From: Octopus sinensis
Taxonomy: Eukaryota
NCBI RefSeq assembly: GCF_006345805.1
Contig: NC_043002.1
Span: 43,276,001 to 43,340,000, forward strand
Length of the DNA stretch: 64,000 nucleotides
Reading direction: 5' to 3'
Shown: one piece after another, positions 62,071 to 64,000 of the stretch
Position numbering within the stretch: position 1 is the stretch's first letter
How the letters are laid out: each line of letters opens with the position of its first letter
Translations under genes and position numbers: made by a program
Notes under the pieces: model-generated
What the model was told of the DNA's origin: nothing
Seen by the model: the letters and a program-made list of their open reading frames with translations, nothing else
Databases searched by the model: none

Positions 62071-64000
62071 AAACTTAGCACCACCTGATAGGATTATTCG
62101 AATCCTGTTTATGTCAAGTTTTGTTTATGGTTCATTCAAGTAGTGAGTTCTTGTTGGGTGAGTTGTATCCAATTATGGGTGGCTTATCTGGTATTCTTTG
62201 AAGGAATCTATCCAGACTCCGTTTAAAGTTGATGGGATCCTTTTCCTCTTTGATCTCTTTCGGGACAATGTTAAATAGGGCAGGGCCTGTTGAGGAAAAG
62301 AAATTATGTTGCAGTGTACATGTATGCTTAAATCTTGAATTGGGCAGGGGACGTATGGCCCGTGGTTCCAGTCCTGGATGAACCTTGAAGCTAATGTTCA
62401 GGTCGTTTGGGCAAAGTTGGCGGTATATTCTCCACATCGCTCACGGCGACGCCGGAGAGAGTAAAGTTTCAAGGCTTTAAGGCGATCCCAATAATCGAGA
62501 GCTGCCATGCCTTCAATTCGTTTAGTGAGTGCCCTCTGGGGTGACTCAATCCCCGAGATGTTTTGTCCTGTATGGGGAGACCAGAGTGGGCAGCAGTATT
62601 CGAGGTGTGGCCGTACAAAGGAGGAGAAAAGTGGTATGATGACACCTTGTTCTCTGGACCGGAAAGTTCTTAAGATCCAAGAACTCATCCTACGAGCTAT
62701 ATCGACCTTCTTGTTGATGTGTGCACTCCAACTGAGATCGTCATCAACAATTACACCCAGATCTCTGATATTGTTAGAGGCTGTGAGCGGTTCCCCTGAA
62801 GGAAGAGAGTATGGCTGTTTTAGTGAGGAATTTCTTCCAAAATGCATCAGCTCAAATTTTCCCTCGTTCAGTTGCATTTTGTTTCTGTCTGCCCATTGAC
62901 TCACAGCATATAGATCAGACTGGAGTTGAGTTCGGTCTGCTTCTTCATTGACGATTTGCTGGAGCTTAGTATCATCAGCAAAGATTTTTACTTTGTAGCA
63001 ATGTACGACACTGGAAAGGTCGTTTATGTAAATTATGAAGAGTAGCGGACCCAAGACAGTCCCCTGGGGGACACCGCTGGTGACTTTTGCTGGGCTTGAG
63101 TGGAATCCATCAACTACAACATGTTGTGTTCTATTCGCCAGGAAATACTTAATCCAGTGTCGAACTTTTCCACGGATTCCAACATTTGCTAATTTTGAGA
63201 GTAGGATATTATGGTCTACCCTGTCGAATGCTTTACTGAAGTCAAGATATATGACGTCCGAGTTCGAACCTGTTCCCAAGGCTTTGAGTACATCTTCAAT
63301 GTGGTGTAAGAGCTGTGTTAGCAGTCCCTGCCACAGCGAAAGCCATGCTGATTTGCATTTAGGAGTTTGTGGGTCTCCAGGAAGTCAGCTATCCTTGATC
63401 TTAACACACTTTCAAACACTTTAATGATGTGGGAGGTGAGTGAGATTGGGCGATAGTTGAGTGCGAGGGATATGTTTCCCTGTTTGAAAACCGGGATGAC
63501 TGACTGGGATAGAAACTGTTTCGGTATATAACCTGCGTCTAACGAATTTCTCCAGAGGTTGGTCTGAGGGACTGCAAGTTGGTGTCTACATTCCTTCAGG
63601 AGACTAGCAGGGAATCTATCAGGGCCTACAGCAGAGTAGTATTTGACCTCATTTATTGCTGCTACGATGTCAGTGGCAGTGAAGGTTATGTCTGAGATTT
63701 TATGTTGGGAGTCAACTTCGTTCGCTTCTCTTACGTCAATATCAGTGGGAACACTAAAGACAGAGCAGTATTGTTTCTGCAGTATTTCTGCCATTTCTTT
63801 AGCATCGTGTTGGGGAATGCCGTTATCATCAATCAATGGCCCAATGGGTGAGACAGTGGTTCTATGCTTATTTGCATAAGAATAGAACACTTTTGGGTTC
63901 TGTTTGATGTTTTTGATTACCCACTGTTCCTCCACAGCTCTTTGATTTTCAATGGAGGTTTTCATGTCGGTCTGCAGATGAAGTTTTTCCAGCTCTAGCC
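62071..64000 (-). mobile_element. CR1-clade LINE continuing past the window end, two frameshifts
   Basis: NYRPISLTS, QHGFR, IYLDFSKAFDRVDH, SGVPQGTVLGPLLF, FADDTK and RPHLEYCCPLWSP. Confidence 0.93.

Noticed and set aside
61864-62084. N-terminal ~75 aa of the 721-aa ORF
   Set aside because: It is (TA)n/(TACA)n read in frame with a 5'-truncated RTE, not a real fusion protein.
60067-63879. Plus-strand ORFs overlapping RTE and CR1
   Set aside because: They are antisense shadows of RT coding frames.

Overview
This is AT-rich animal (eukaryotic) DNA made almost entirely of transposable elements and microsatellites. The SINE families and repeat mix suggest a coleoid cephalopod such as Octopus (inference, not verified). 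I found no intact host gene, no prokaryotic system and no CRISPR array, and most short ORFs in the track are microsatellite or antisense artefacts. Recognisable retroelements are R4/Dong-like RLE LINEs (several families, mostly sitting in (AAT)n tracts), CRE- and HERO-like RLE LINEs, Tx1/L1, RTE and CR1 LINEs, Penelope-like elements (PLEs) and several tRNA-derived SINE families. DNA elements include a full-length frameshifted mariner, a fold-back mariner derivative, Helitron/Helentron-type non-autonomous elements and a probable hAT MITE. There is a 100-N assembly gap at 43022-43121. The most interesting signals are: (1) a non-coding 662-bp element with 89-bp terminal direct repeats and an intact-core type I hammerhead ribozyme motif, i.e. 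retrozyme-like (48187-48848); (2) a PLE whose 3' end carries a tRNA-like Pol III cassette, an (AAT)n tract and a hammerhead relic, with that tract apparently used as a target by an R4/Dong LINE in another copy; (3) a ~550-bp non-coding element present twice in an (AAT)n tract; (4) a shared SINE/CR1 3' hairpin with covariation; (5) a TSD-flanked dimeric SINE; (6) a Helitron with a captured fragment; and (7) one plausible isolated host exon (25341-25540, minus). All calls were made by eye; boundaries of degenerate elements are approximate.
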